From Polyangiales bacterium (GTDB lineage Bacteria > Myxococcota_A > Polyangia > Polyangiales > JADJQN01), in contig CAXNJO010000003.1 of assembly GCA_964202905.1 (NCBI GenBank), positions 32,001-96,000 on the forward strand: a DNA stretch of 64,000 bases. The letters are read 5' to 3'. Of this stretch, positions 23,487-34,461 are shown one piece after another (within the stretch, counting starts at the first letter, position 1; each line of letters starts with the position of its first letter). Under the pieces are notes generated by a model. That model did not search any database and was not told where the DNA came from. It saw only the letters and a program-made list of their open reading frames with translations. A program made the position numbers and the translations under genes.

Positions 23487-25183
23487 ATGCCCGCCCAACC
23501 CCGCACCGCCCGACGCGCACTCTGTGCCGCGCTCCTCCTCGCCCTCGTCCCCGCGTGCGGCGACGACGACGCGCCGCCCGCGACCGACCTCGGCCCCCCC
23601 GACGCGGGCGCCGCCGACGCCAACATCGCCCGGCCTGACCTGGCGCTCCCCGACCTCGGGCCGCCGACCGAGGTGAGCTTCGCCCCGAGCGGCTCGACGA
23701 GCGCGGCCTCCGGCGCAGGCAGCTTCACCTTCGGCGCGGCGACGGCGTCCGCGCAGATCGAGGACCAGAACCCGGCGACCGACTGGTACCTGTGGACGCG
23801 CCCCGAAGCGGAAGGCGGCCTCGGCAACGGCGTCTTCGTGGGCGAGGCGTCACGCGGCTACACGCGCGCGGTCGAGGACGTCGCGCGGGCCGCGGAGCTG
23901 GGGCTCGACTCGTACCGCTTCAGCGTCGATTGGGCGCGCGTCGAGCCGGCGCGCGACGACGTGCAGGAGGAGGCGCTCGCGCACTACGACGCCGTCATCG
24001 ACGCGCTCGTCGCCGCCGACATCGAGCCGATGATCACCGTGCACCACTTCTCGAGCCCCGTGTGGGCCGACGACCCGCGCCGCGCGACGAGCGCGCCGTG
24101 CACGCCGAGCGACGCGGACCTCTGCGGATGGGCCGACCCGGTCGGCGCGCCGCTGCTCATCGCCGAGCTCGCCGAGCACGCCGCGCTGATCGCGGCCCGC
24201 TACGGCGATCGCGTCGACGACTGGGCGACGATCAACGAGCCGATCAACTACCTGCTCGCGAGCTATGGCCTCGCGGTGTTCCCGCCGGGGCGCAACCTCA
24301 TCCTCTCGGGCGACGCGGGCTTCGCGCGCTTCATCGAGGTCGTCAAGAACTACATCCGCGCGCACGTGGCCATCTACGACGCGATCAAGGCCGCGGATAC
24401 CATCGACGCGGATGGGGATGGCGTCGCCGCGAGCGTGGGCTTCACGCTCTCGGTCGCGAAGTGGCAGCCTGCGCGCCGCAACCGCCCGAGCGCCGACCCC
24501 GTGGACATCGCCGCGGCCGCGCGCGTCGAGGCCGTCTACCACTACCTCTTCACCGACGCCGTGCAGCAGGGCGGCTTCGACACCGACTTCGACGGCGTGC
24601 CGGACGAGGACCACCCCGAGTGGGCCGACAAGCTCGACTGGCTCGGCGTGCAGTACTACTTCCGCACGGGCGTCACGGGCGCGTCGACGATCATCCCGGG
24701 GATCGAGGCGGCGGTGTGCTTCGACACCTTCGACTTCGGCGCGTGCCTGCCGCCCGCGGACCCGACGCACTACGTGCCGACGATGGGCTACGAGTACTAC
24801 GCGCTCGGGCTCTACGACGTGCTCGTCGACTTCGGCGCGCGCTGGCCCGCGCTGCCGATGACGGTCACCGAGGCGGGCATCGCGACCGAGGTCGGCGCGC
24901 GGCGCGCCGAGCACGTGGTCCGCACGCTCGAGCAGATCGCGCGCGCGCGCGCCGACGGCGTGGACGTGCGCGGCTACTACCACTGGAGCCTCTTCGACAA
25001 CTTCGAGTGGGCGGAGGGCTACGAGCCGCGCTTCGGGCTCTACCGCGTGGACTTCGGCGGCACCTGGGACCGCACCCCGACCGAAGGGGCGACGCTGCTC
25101 GGCGCGATCACCGCGACGCGCACGCTCACCGTCGCGCAGCGCACGCAGTACGGCGGGCTCGGCCCGATGACGCCGAGGAGTGA
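23487..25183 (+). CDS. Glycoside hydrolase family 1 lipoprotein (3' end probably displaced by a 1-nt indel near 25172)
   Basis: 'YRFSVDWARVEP', acid/base TINEP, nucleophile VTEAG, 'WSLFDNFEWAEGY..RFGL'; lipobox 'LVPAC'. One added base would give ...PEE-TGA at 25181-25183; otherwise the frame runs antisense over the kinase. Confidence 0.88.
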
Positions 25184-25242
25184 CCCTGACGCGCGACGCA
25201 TGCAGCCTCCGCCGCTGCACCGCGACGCAGCCGCAGCGGCGC

Positions 25243-27330
<2,088 letters not shown>

Positions 27331-27334
<4 letters not shown>

Positions 27335-28384
27335 TGCGTGCTCGGCCGCGCGGCCGCCCCCGACGCCGCGAGGTCAGCCGCGGCGCGCCGACGCGCGGGC
27401 GCCTGAATCATGATCACCGGTAAGGAGGCGTCGCCACCCGCGGCGAGCGCGGGCGTCCTGCGCCTCGACGCCGCGCCGGCGAGGCCACGTCGGCGAGCGC
27501 CTCCGCGGCGCCCGTCGCGAACGGCGGCGCGACACCGCGCGCCCGCGCCCGCGCGTCGGCGTCCGCGGCTCGCCGCGCGAGCACCCCGCGCGCCCGCGAG
27601 CGTCGCCCGGGCGCCGTGCCATCGACCCAGAAATAGCTGCGGTTCCGGACGTCGACGTGCACGAAGCCGCTGAGCGCGTAGGTTCCGACGCCCGTGAAGG
27701 CCTCGCCGCGCAGGTGCTCGGCGAGCGCCGCGTCGCGCACGCCGGGGAGCACGATGTCCATGGCGCACCCCTGCGTGTGCCGGCTCGTCGCGCGGTCCTC
27801 GCGGAAACCGCTGACCACGTGCACGAACGGCACGCGGAAGCGCCGCTGCGCCCGATAGACGCGGTCGAGCAGGCCCGGCGTGATGGGGTGCCGCGCGCCG
27901 CTGCGCCGCGCCGCGAGCGCCTCCTCCGCGCGCGCGAGCGCCTCGGCGTCGAAGCCGCCATCGTCCCGCGCGGGCGTGAGCGCGACGGGCGCCCCGCCGG
28001 CGATCGGCACGAGGACGAGCGGAGGCCGCGGCGCCTGCGACGCCCACTCGCGCTGCGCCTCGAGCGACGCGGGCCGGTGCCAGCGCGCCCGCATCCGCCG
28101 GTAGCGCGCGCTCACGCCCGGTCGGCGCCCGCGCGGGGCACGCCTCCCACGCGCATGCGGGGCACGTCCGGGCCGCGACGCGTGTTGCGGCGCGTGCGTC
28201 CGGTGGGTCCCCGCGGCGCGCGCTGCGGGCCCGCGTCTTGCGCATCGAGTCCCGCCGGGGCCCCGAACATCGCGAAAAGAATCATGAAAACGACCCGCGC
28301 GACATGCGCCGCGAGCGACATGCGGCGGCGCGCGGCATGCGACCCCGGGGCACGCCCGGCGGCCTGCGGCGGCAGCGCGGACAT
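27331..28384 (-). CDS. YcbK/DUF882-like peptidase M15A family protein (apparent frameshifts near 28125 and 27480)
   Basis: 'VVSGFRE...SRHTQGCAMDI...GVGTY...FVHVDVR'; signal-like segment in the upstream frame starting at 28384. Both ends are inferred from overlaps with neighbours. Confidence 0.7.
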
Positions 28385-28938
28385 CACCGCAGAATCTCCG
28401 GCAGTTCGATCTGCAGGTGGTGCAGCACGCTCTGCAGCGTCCGCTGCTCCTCGCGCACGGTGCGCAGGTGCGCCCGGTAGGCGCGGGGGTCGCCGCCGGC
28501 GAGCGAGGTGAGCGCGCGCTCGGTGTTCTCCGTGATGAGCAGCAGGTGCGGATGCAGGAGCCGCAGCTCCGGCGGCGGCGTCATGTGCCCCGTCATCAGC
28601 ACGAACTGCTGCGCGAGCGGCGCGGCGAAGCGCGCGAGCCCTTCGTTGCCCGGGTGCAGCTCGACCCAGCGCAGCGTGCGCCGCACCCCGTCGAGCAGGA
28701 GCACGAGGCGCTGGAGGTACTCGCGGCGTGCAGCGGGTTGCGCGTCGTCCACGCTCCCCGCCCCGCGCCCGGCCGGCCGGGGCGACGTCGTTCCAGCGCG
28801 CGCGACCTGCGCCGCCGCGTTCCCCGCGCTCCCCGTCCACAGCCCGGCCGAGGCGAGGAGCGCCGCGACCAGCACCGCCCCCGCGCGACGCACGACGCGT
28901 GACCGCCCACCAGCCTCGGTGCTGCGGGCCGTCGTCAC
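28384..28938 (-). CDS. Exported helical hypothetical protein
   Basis: Signal-like N-terminus; overlaps both neighbours. Confidence 0.7.
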   Translation of the reverse strand: MTTARSTEAGGRSRVVRRAGAVLVAALLASAGLWTGSAGNAAAQVARAGTTSPRPAGRGAGSVDDAQPAARREYLQRLVLLLDGVRRTLRWVELHPGNEGLARFAAPLAQQFVLMTGHMTPPPELRLLHPHLLLITENTERALTSLAGGDPRAYRAHLRTVREEQRTLQSVLHHLQIELPEILR

Positions 28939-29669
28939 GGCGCGACGCCGACGCGCGCGTCGAGGACCGCGAGCGCGGCGTGCGCCGCCTGCTGCTCGGC
29001 CTCGGTCTTCGTGCGGCCGCGCCCCTCGCCGACGCGCTCACCGCTGAGCTCGAGCGCGACGTGGAAGGCGCGCTCGTGCAGCGGCCCCTCGACGCTGAGC
29101 AGCTCGTAGCGCGGCGCCGCGCCGCCGCCGCGCTGCACGCGCTCCTGCAGGCGCGTCTTGTGGTCGAGCGCGCCGGGCACGAGCGCGTCGAGGAGCGGCT
29201 CGAAGATCCGCGTCGCGACGGCCCGCGCGGCGTCGAAGCCCGCGTCGAGATGGACCGCGGCGACGCAGGCCTCGAGCGCGCCCGCGAGCAGCCGCGGCTT
29301 CTCGCGACCGCCCGTGCGCTCCTCGCCGCGACCGAGCCGGAGCGCCGCGCCGATCCCGAGTTCCGCCGCGAGCCGCGCGAGGGCCGGCCCGCTGACGAGC
29401 GCCGCGCGCCGCTGCGAGAGCTCGCCCTCGGGCGCGCCGGGGAAGCGCGCGTGCAGCAGGGTCGCGACGACGAAGCCGAGCACCGCGTCGCCCACGAACT
29501 CGAGCCGCTCGTTGTCGCGGCCGCGGCCCCCGGACTCGTTCACGAAGGACGTGTGCGTGAGCGCCTCGAGGAGCAGCGCCGGGGTCGCGAAGTCGTGGCC
29601 GAGCGCGCGGGCCACCTGGTCGGTGCTCGAGGGGGGGGTGTGGGGCGTTCTGTTCCGGACGGCGCGCAT
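28935..29669 (-). CDS. rnc: Ribonuclease III
   Basis: 'ALTHTS', signature 'NERLEFVGDAVL', dsRBD 'KTRLQE...GPLHERAF...AEQQAA'. Confidence 0.95.
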   Translation of the reverse strand: MRAVRNRTPHTPPSSTDQVARALGHDFATPALLLEALTHTSFVNESGGRGRDNERLEFVGDAVLGFVVATLLHARFPGAPEGELSQRRAALVSGPALARLAAELGIGAALRLGRGEERTGGREKPRLLAGALEACVAAVHLDAGFDAARAVATRIFEPLLDALVPGALDHKTRLQERVQRGGGAAPRYELLSVEGPLHERAFHVALELSGERVGEGRGRTKTEAEQQAAHAALAVLDARVGVAP

Positions 29670-29745
29670 GGGTGGGCTCAGCGGGCGAGCAGCATAGCCC
29701 GCGGGCGCCTTTCGCGCGCGCGCTGCGCGGGTTAGCCTCGCCGCC

Positions 29746-30054
29746 ATGCTCCTCGAGGACGGCAAGCTGCGCGGGAAGAAGGTCATCACGGCGGACGGCC
29801 GCGAGGTCGGCGAGATCGGCGCGCTCGAGATCGAACTCGACGTCTGGAAGGTGCAGTGGCTCGAGTTGAAGCTGCTGCGCGACGTGCTCGAGGCGCTGAA
29901 GCTGAAGAAGCCGCTCTTCGGCACCGTGCACGCGCGGCTCGCCCCCGAGCGCGTCCGCAACGTCACGGACAACGTCGTGCTCACGATCGACTTCGAGCAG
30001 CTCAGCGCGCTGCTCGCCTCGGACGAGCCGGACGGCGTCGAAAAAAAGAAGTAG
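29746..30054 (+). CDS. PRC-barrel domain protein
   Basis: 'LRGKKVITADGREVGEI' PRC-barrel pattern. Confidence 0.8.
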   Translation: MLLEDGKLRGKKVITADGREVGEIGALEIELDVWKVQWLELKLLRDVLEALKLKKPLFGTVHARLAPERVRNVTDNVVLTIDFEQLSALLASDEPDGVEKKK

Positions 30055-30105
30055 TCAGCGCCACCTGCGCGTCAGTTCAGTGGAGGTCGTGCCGTCCTTG
30101 CCGGC

Positions 30106-30342
30106 ATGACCCGAGTCTCCGTTCACACCGAGTCCCTCCCCTACACCGCCGAGCTCCACGGGGGCGCCGTGAAGCTCTTCGTCGCCGGGCGTCTGGTCGG
30201 CGCCGGCGCCTGGTGCGTCGGCCGCATCCTGCCGACGAACGCCGGCCGCCTCGGCATCCCGCGCTACGTCGTCGAGGCGCTCGAGCGCGAGCTCTGCGCG
30301 GCCCTCGAGACACGGGCCGCGCTCCAACCGCGCGCCGCCTGA
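30106..30342 (+). CDS. Small hypothetical protein
   Basis: Coding-like codon usage; no family recognised. Confidence 0.5.
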   Translation: MTRVSVHTESLPYTAELHGGAVKLFVAGRLVGAGAWCVGRILPTNAGRLGIPRYVVEALERELCAALETRAALQPRAA

Positions 30343-30416
30343 GCGCCGCCACGCGACGAAGCGACGCCCGCCCTGCACGCGGACGCAGACGCGGGCCGCG
30401 CGCCGCCTGATCGCCG

Positions 30417-31169
30417 CTACGCGAAGAAGCGACGCCGGCCCTGCACGCGGACGCGGGCCGCGAGGCGGACCAGCTCGAGGCCCGCCTTCACCATCGAGGC
30501 GGCGCCGAGCTTGGAGCCGCCGACGTCGTGCCAGGCGTGCAGCGGCACCTCGATGAGCTTCTCCGGCGCGAGCGGGGTCACGCCCTCGCCGCCCGCGAGC
30601 AGACGTCCGAGCAGCTCCACGTCGAAGGCCCACCGCGAGGAGAACGGCGCCTCGAGCGCGTGCGCGAGCGCGCCGGTGCGCCGGAACAGCTTCGCGCCGC
30701 ACTGCGTGTCGTACACGGCGAGGTCGAGCGCGATCGACGCCGCCGTCGCGAACACGCGTCCGACGTAGTGCCGAAGCGGGTGCCGCGTGATGTCCGCGCC
30801 GAGTCGGGCGAGGCGCGATCCCATCGCGACGTCCGCGCGCGTGCGCGCGAGCTCGTCGGCGAGCCGCATCAGCTCGCGCGGCGGCGTCGCGAAGTCGGCG
30901 TCGTAGTAGCCGACGATCTCCGCCCCGCGCTCGAGCGACGCGCGCAGGCCCGCGCGCACGGCCTCGGCCTTGCCGCGGTTCTCGGGGAGGACGAGGTACG
31001 ACGCACGCCCCGGATGCTGCGCGCAGATCGCGGCGAGCACGTCGCGGGTCCCGTCGCGCGAGCCGTCGTCGACGAAGAGCAACGTGAAACGCGCGTCCTC
31101 GAGCACCGCCGCGACCTTCGCTGCGTCGAGGCGCCGGGCCTCGTTGTAACAGGGGATCGTGACGATCAC
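30417..31169 (-). CDS. GT2 glycosyltransferase (polyprenol-phosphate glycosyltransferase-like)
   Basis: 'IPCYNE', 'VDDGSRD', 'NRGKAEAVRAG', DAD, 'DTQCGAKLF', 'WAFDVELL'. Confidence 0.92.
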   Translation of the reverse strand: MIVTIPCYNEARRLDAAKVAAVLEDARFTLLFVDDGSRDGTRDVLAAICAQHPGRASYLVLPENRGKAEAVRAGLRASLERGAEIVGYYDADFATPPRELMRLADELARTRADVAMGSRLARLGADITRHPLRHYVGRVFATAASIALDLAVYDTQCGAKLFRRTGALAHALEAPFSSRWAFDVELLGRLLAGGEGVTPLAPEKLIEVPLHAWHDVGGSKLGAASMVKAGLELVRLAARVRVQGRRRFFA

Positions 31170-31355
31170 GGCCGGGGGCGTAGCACGGCGCCCCCGCGCT
31201 GACGACAGCGGCCCCGGCACGCCCAACCCGGTCGCACGACCGCCTGCGCGACGCCGACGCGGCACGCGTCCCCCCGGCACGCGGCCCCGCGATGCGTCGC
31301 GTCCATGGCGCGCAACTCCTTGAAAATGCGGCGCGCGCGCGTCACACCCCGCGGC

Positions 31356-31661
31356 ATGAAGCGCAAGCCCATGCTGACCAAGCGCGAGAAGAAGACCCTC
31401 GAGCCCCCGCGCACGCCGCGCACGCGCCCCGTGGCGGCGCAGGCCGGCGGCCAGGGCCACCAGCACATCCACTGCATCGCGTGCGGACGGCACATCGACG
31501 CGAGCGAGCTCAGCGGCGCGGTGCCGAAGGCGCGCGTGCTCACCTGCCAGCACGGCTCGCAGTTCGCCTCGTGCGTCGGCTGCGTCGAGGGCAGCCAGCG
31601 CCTGATCGACGAGCACGACGCGCTCAACCAGCCCGTGAAGGCCGCCGCGGCCTGGCACTGA
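31356..31661 (+). CDS. Small basic Cys/His-rich putative zinc-binding protein
   Basis: 'MKRKPMLTKREKK'; 'HIHCIACGRH', 'CQH', 'CVGC'. Confidence 0.7.
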   Translation: MKRKPMLTKREKKTLEPPRTPRTRPVAAQAGGQGHQHIHCIACGRHIDASELSGAVPKARVLTCQHGSQFASCVGCVEGSQRLIDEHDALNQPVKAAAAWH

Positions 31662-31721
31662 CGGCGACCCGCGCGGGCTCCGCGGGAGGCGGGTCCGCTG
31701 TGCGCCGGGGGGAACTCCCGA

Positions 31722-31960
31722 CCGCAGGCGGGTGAGGGTGCCCGCCGCATCTGGGCGAGACCACACGCTGCATGATGGTGGACCTCCACCGCTCGCGGAC
31801 GAGCCCGCCACCGGATGTGAGTGACACCGCGCACCGAATGCGGGTGAATGCACCGACCGCATGCGGGCACTGCCCCACGGCTTCCGGGTGAGTTCGCCCG
31901 CCGCATCCGGGTGAGACCACCCGCCGCATCCGGGTGAGACCACCCGCCGCGTGCGGGGTT
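31722..31960. repeat. Non-coding array of 11 degenerate CCGCATSCGGGTGA motifs at 21-23 bp period
   Basis: Cores start at 31722, 31745, 31768, 31789, 31811, 31834, 31857, 31878, 31901, 31924 and 31947. The 23-mers at 31901 and 31924 are identical. Confidence 0.8.
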
Positions 31961-32184
31961 CCGATCGCGGCGCGCGGGCGAGGCCGTGCGTGATGCGCGT
32001 CGGCGTGACCACCGTGCGCATCGCGGATCCGGTCCGTGGCACGCAGGGGGCCCCGACCCGCGGCGTGTCCGCCCGGCCACGCGCACCGTGGGCGGCGGCA
32101 CGCGCAAGGGGTGCGCGGCAGCCCGCGAAACCGCACGATTCCAGCGAATTTCGCGGCGGCGCGGCTCTTGTAGGCGAGCGGGAC

Positions 32185-34461
32185 GTGCTCCTCCCCGCCC
32201 CGCCCCGTCGTCTGCTCGCCGGCGCCGCGCTCGCCGCGCTCGTGGGCCTCGCGGCGCTCGTCGCGACGCCCTACCCGTCCGAGCGGCTCTCGCCGCGGAC
32301 GAGGGCGTCGACCCGCGTGCTCGACCGGCGCGGGCGGCTCGTCTGGGAGCGGCCCGCGACGGACGGCGGCTATGGGCGCTTCGTCCCCCTCGACGCGATC
32401 CCGCGCGGCGTCGTGCTCGCGACGCTCGCCGGCGAGGACCAGCGCTTCCACGCGCACCTCGGGATCGATCCGGTCGGCGTCGCGCGCGCGCTCTGGCTCG
32501 ACGCGCGGCTCGGGCGCTTCGCGTACGGCGGTTCGACCATCACGCAGCAGCTCGCGAAGCTCCTCGACCGTCAGCCACGGACGCTCGCCGGCAAGCTGGT
32601 CGAGGCGGTCGACGCGCTGCGGCTCGAGCGCACGCTGACGAAGGAGGCGATCCTCGCGCAGTACCTCAACCGCGCGTACTACGGCCGCAACGCCTTCGGG
32701 ATCGAGGCCGCCGCGCAGCGCTTCTACGGCAAGCCCGCGGAGGCGCTCGCGCTCGACGAAGCCGCGCTGCTCGCGGTCCTGCCGCGCGCGCCCTCCGCCT
32801 ACGACCCCGACAGGCACCCCGAGCGCGCACGGGCGCGGCGCGCGACCCTCCTGCGCCGCCTCGTGACGCTCGGTCAGCTCGACGCCGCGACGGCGGAGCG
32901 CGCCGCGGCCGCCCCGCTGCGCCCGATCGCGCGGCCGCGCGCCGCGCTGCCGGCGCCGCACTTCGTGGACTGCCTGATCGTCGCGCACGCGCTCCCCGAG
33001 GGCGCCCCCGAGGCGCACGCGACCCTCGACCTCGCGCTCCAGGCGCAGCTCGAGCAGCGCGTGCGCGCGCACCTGCTGCGCGTCGCGGGGCGCGGCATCG
33101 CGCAGGCGGGCGTCGTCGTCGTCGAGGTGCGCACGGGCGACGTGCTCGCGATGGTGGGCTCGCGGCGCTACGGCGAGCGCGCGGTGCAGGGCGCCGTGAA
33201 CGCGGCGACCGCGGCGCGGCACCCCGGCTCGACGCTCAAGCCCTTCGTCTACGCGCTCGCCCTCGAGGACGGCGCGCACCCGGGCACGCCCGTCTTCGAC
33301 GTGCCGACGACGTGGCGCGGCTACGCACCGCGCGCGCTCGACGGGCGCTACCGCGGCGTCGTCACGCTGCGCGAGGCGCTCGGCAGCTCGCTCAACGTCC
33401 CGGCGACGCGCCTCGCGGGCGCGATCGGCCCCGATCGCCTCGCGCGCGCGCTCCGCGACGCGGGCCTGCGCACCATCGACCCGCGCCCGGGCCGCTACGG
33501 CGTCGCGCTCGCGCTCGGCAGCGAACGCACGCGCCTGATCGAGCTCGCCGAGGCCTACGCGACGCTCGCGCGCGGCGGCGTGCACCGCCCCGTCCGGCTG
33601 CTCCGCGCCCCGGACGCGCCCGACGCGGCCAGGGCCGGCACGCGCGTCTTCGGCGCCGAGGCCGCGTACCTGACGACGCGCATGCTCGCGGATGCGGCGG
33701 CGCGCCGACGCACGTTCGGCCTGGAGACGCCGCTCGAGCTGCCCTTCCCCGTCGCGGTGAAGACGGGCACCTCGCAGGGACACCAGGACGACGTCGTCGT
33801 GGGCTACACGCCCGAGGTCGTCGTCGCGGTGTGGGCGGGCAACTTCGACGGCGCCCCGACGCACGAAGTGCTCGCGATCGAGGGCGCCGCGCCGCTCTTC
33901 CGCGAGGCGATGCGCGCCGCGGTCGAGGCCGTGCGCGACCCGCGCGCGCAGGGCGCGTCGCCCGACTTCGCGCGGCCGCCCGGCATCGTCACGCGCGAGG
34001 TCTGCCCGCTCTCCGGCCTGCTGCGCGGCCCCGCGTGCCCGCACGCGCGCCGCGAGGAGCTCGACGGCGCACACATCCCCGCGCGCGCCTGCGACTGGCA
34101 CCGCTCGGAGGGCCTCGCGCTCCCGGCCGAGGTGAGCGGCTGGCAGCCCGGCGCGACGGCGCTGCCCGCCGCGCCCGGAGACGCGCGCGTCGCGATCGTC
34201 GGCCCCGCGCACGGGGCCCGGCTCCGCCTCGATCCGCTCGCGCCCCGCGCGACGCAGGCCGCGCACCTGCGCGTCGTCGTCCGCGACCCGCGCGTCACGC
34301 ACGTCCGCTGGGAGGTCGATGGCGCCCCGCTCACCGACGCGCGCGCGCCCTTCGACGCGTCCCTGCCGCTCACGCCCGGCACCCACCGAATCCGCGCCGT
34401 CCTGCCCGACGGCGCGAGCGACACGATCGTCCTCCACGTCGACGACGGAGCCTCCCGATGA
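32185..34461 (+). CDS. pbpC: Penicillin-binding protein 1C (transglycosylase/transpeptidase)
   Basis: 'EDQRF..H.GID', 'GGSTITQQL', SxxK (STLK), SLN, KTG; Cys-containing C-terminal domain; coupled to A2M. Start codon approximate. Confidence 0.9.
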   Translation: MLLPAPPRRLLAGAALAALVGLAALVATPYPSERLSPRTRASTRVLDRRGRLVWERPATDGGYGRFVPLDAIPRGVVLATLAGEDQRFHAHLGIDPVGVARALWLDARLGRFAYGGSTITQQLAKLLDRQPRTLAGKLVEAVDALRLERTLTKEAILAQYLNRAYYGRNAFGIEAAAQRFYGKPAEALALDEAALLAVLPRAPSAYDPDRHPERARARRATLLRRLVTLGQLDAATAERAAAAPLRPIARPRAALPAPHFVDCLIVAHALPEGAPEAHATLDLALQAQLEQRVRAHLLRVAGRGIAQAGVVVVEVRTGDVLAMVGSRRYGERAVQGAVNAATAARHPGSTLKPFVYALALEDGAHPGTPVFDVPTTWRGYAPRALDGRYRGVVTLREALGSSLNVPATRLAGAIGPDRLARALRDAGLRTIDPRPGRYGVALALGSERTRLIELAEAYATLARGGVHRPVRLLRAPDAPDAARAGTRVFGAEAAYLTTRMLADAAARRRTFGLETPLELPFPVAVKTGTSQGHQDDVVVGYTPEVVVAVWAGNFDGAPTHEVLAIEGAAPLFREAMRAAVEAVRDPRAQGASPDFARPPGIVTREVCPLSGLLRGPACPHARREELDGAHIPARACDWHRSEGLALPAEVSGWQPGATALPAAPGDARVAIVGPAHGARLRLDPLAPRATQAAHLRVVVRDPRVTHVRWEVDGAPLTDARAPFDASLPLTPGTHRIRAVLPDGASDTIVLHVDDGASR

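Noticed and set aside
31722..31960. CRISPR array interpretation of the repeat array
   Set aside because: Period is 21-23 bp with 7-9 bp linkers, far too short for spacers; repeats are degenerate; no cas genes in the window.
31986..34457. 824-aa N-terminal extension of the A2M ORF
   Set aside because: Off-frame overlap with pbpC; the plausible start is ATG 34458.
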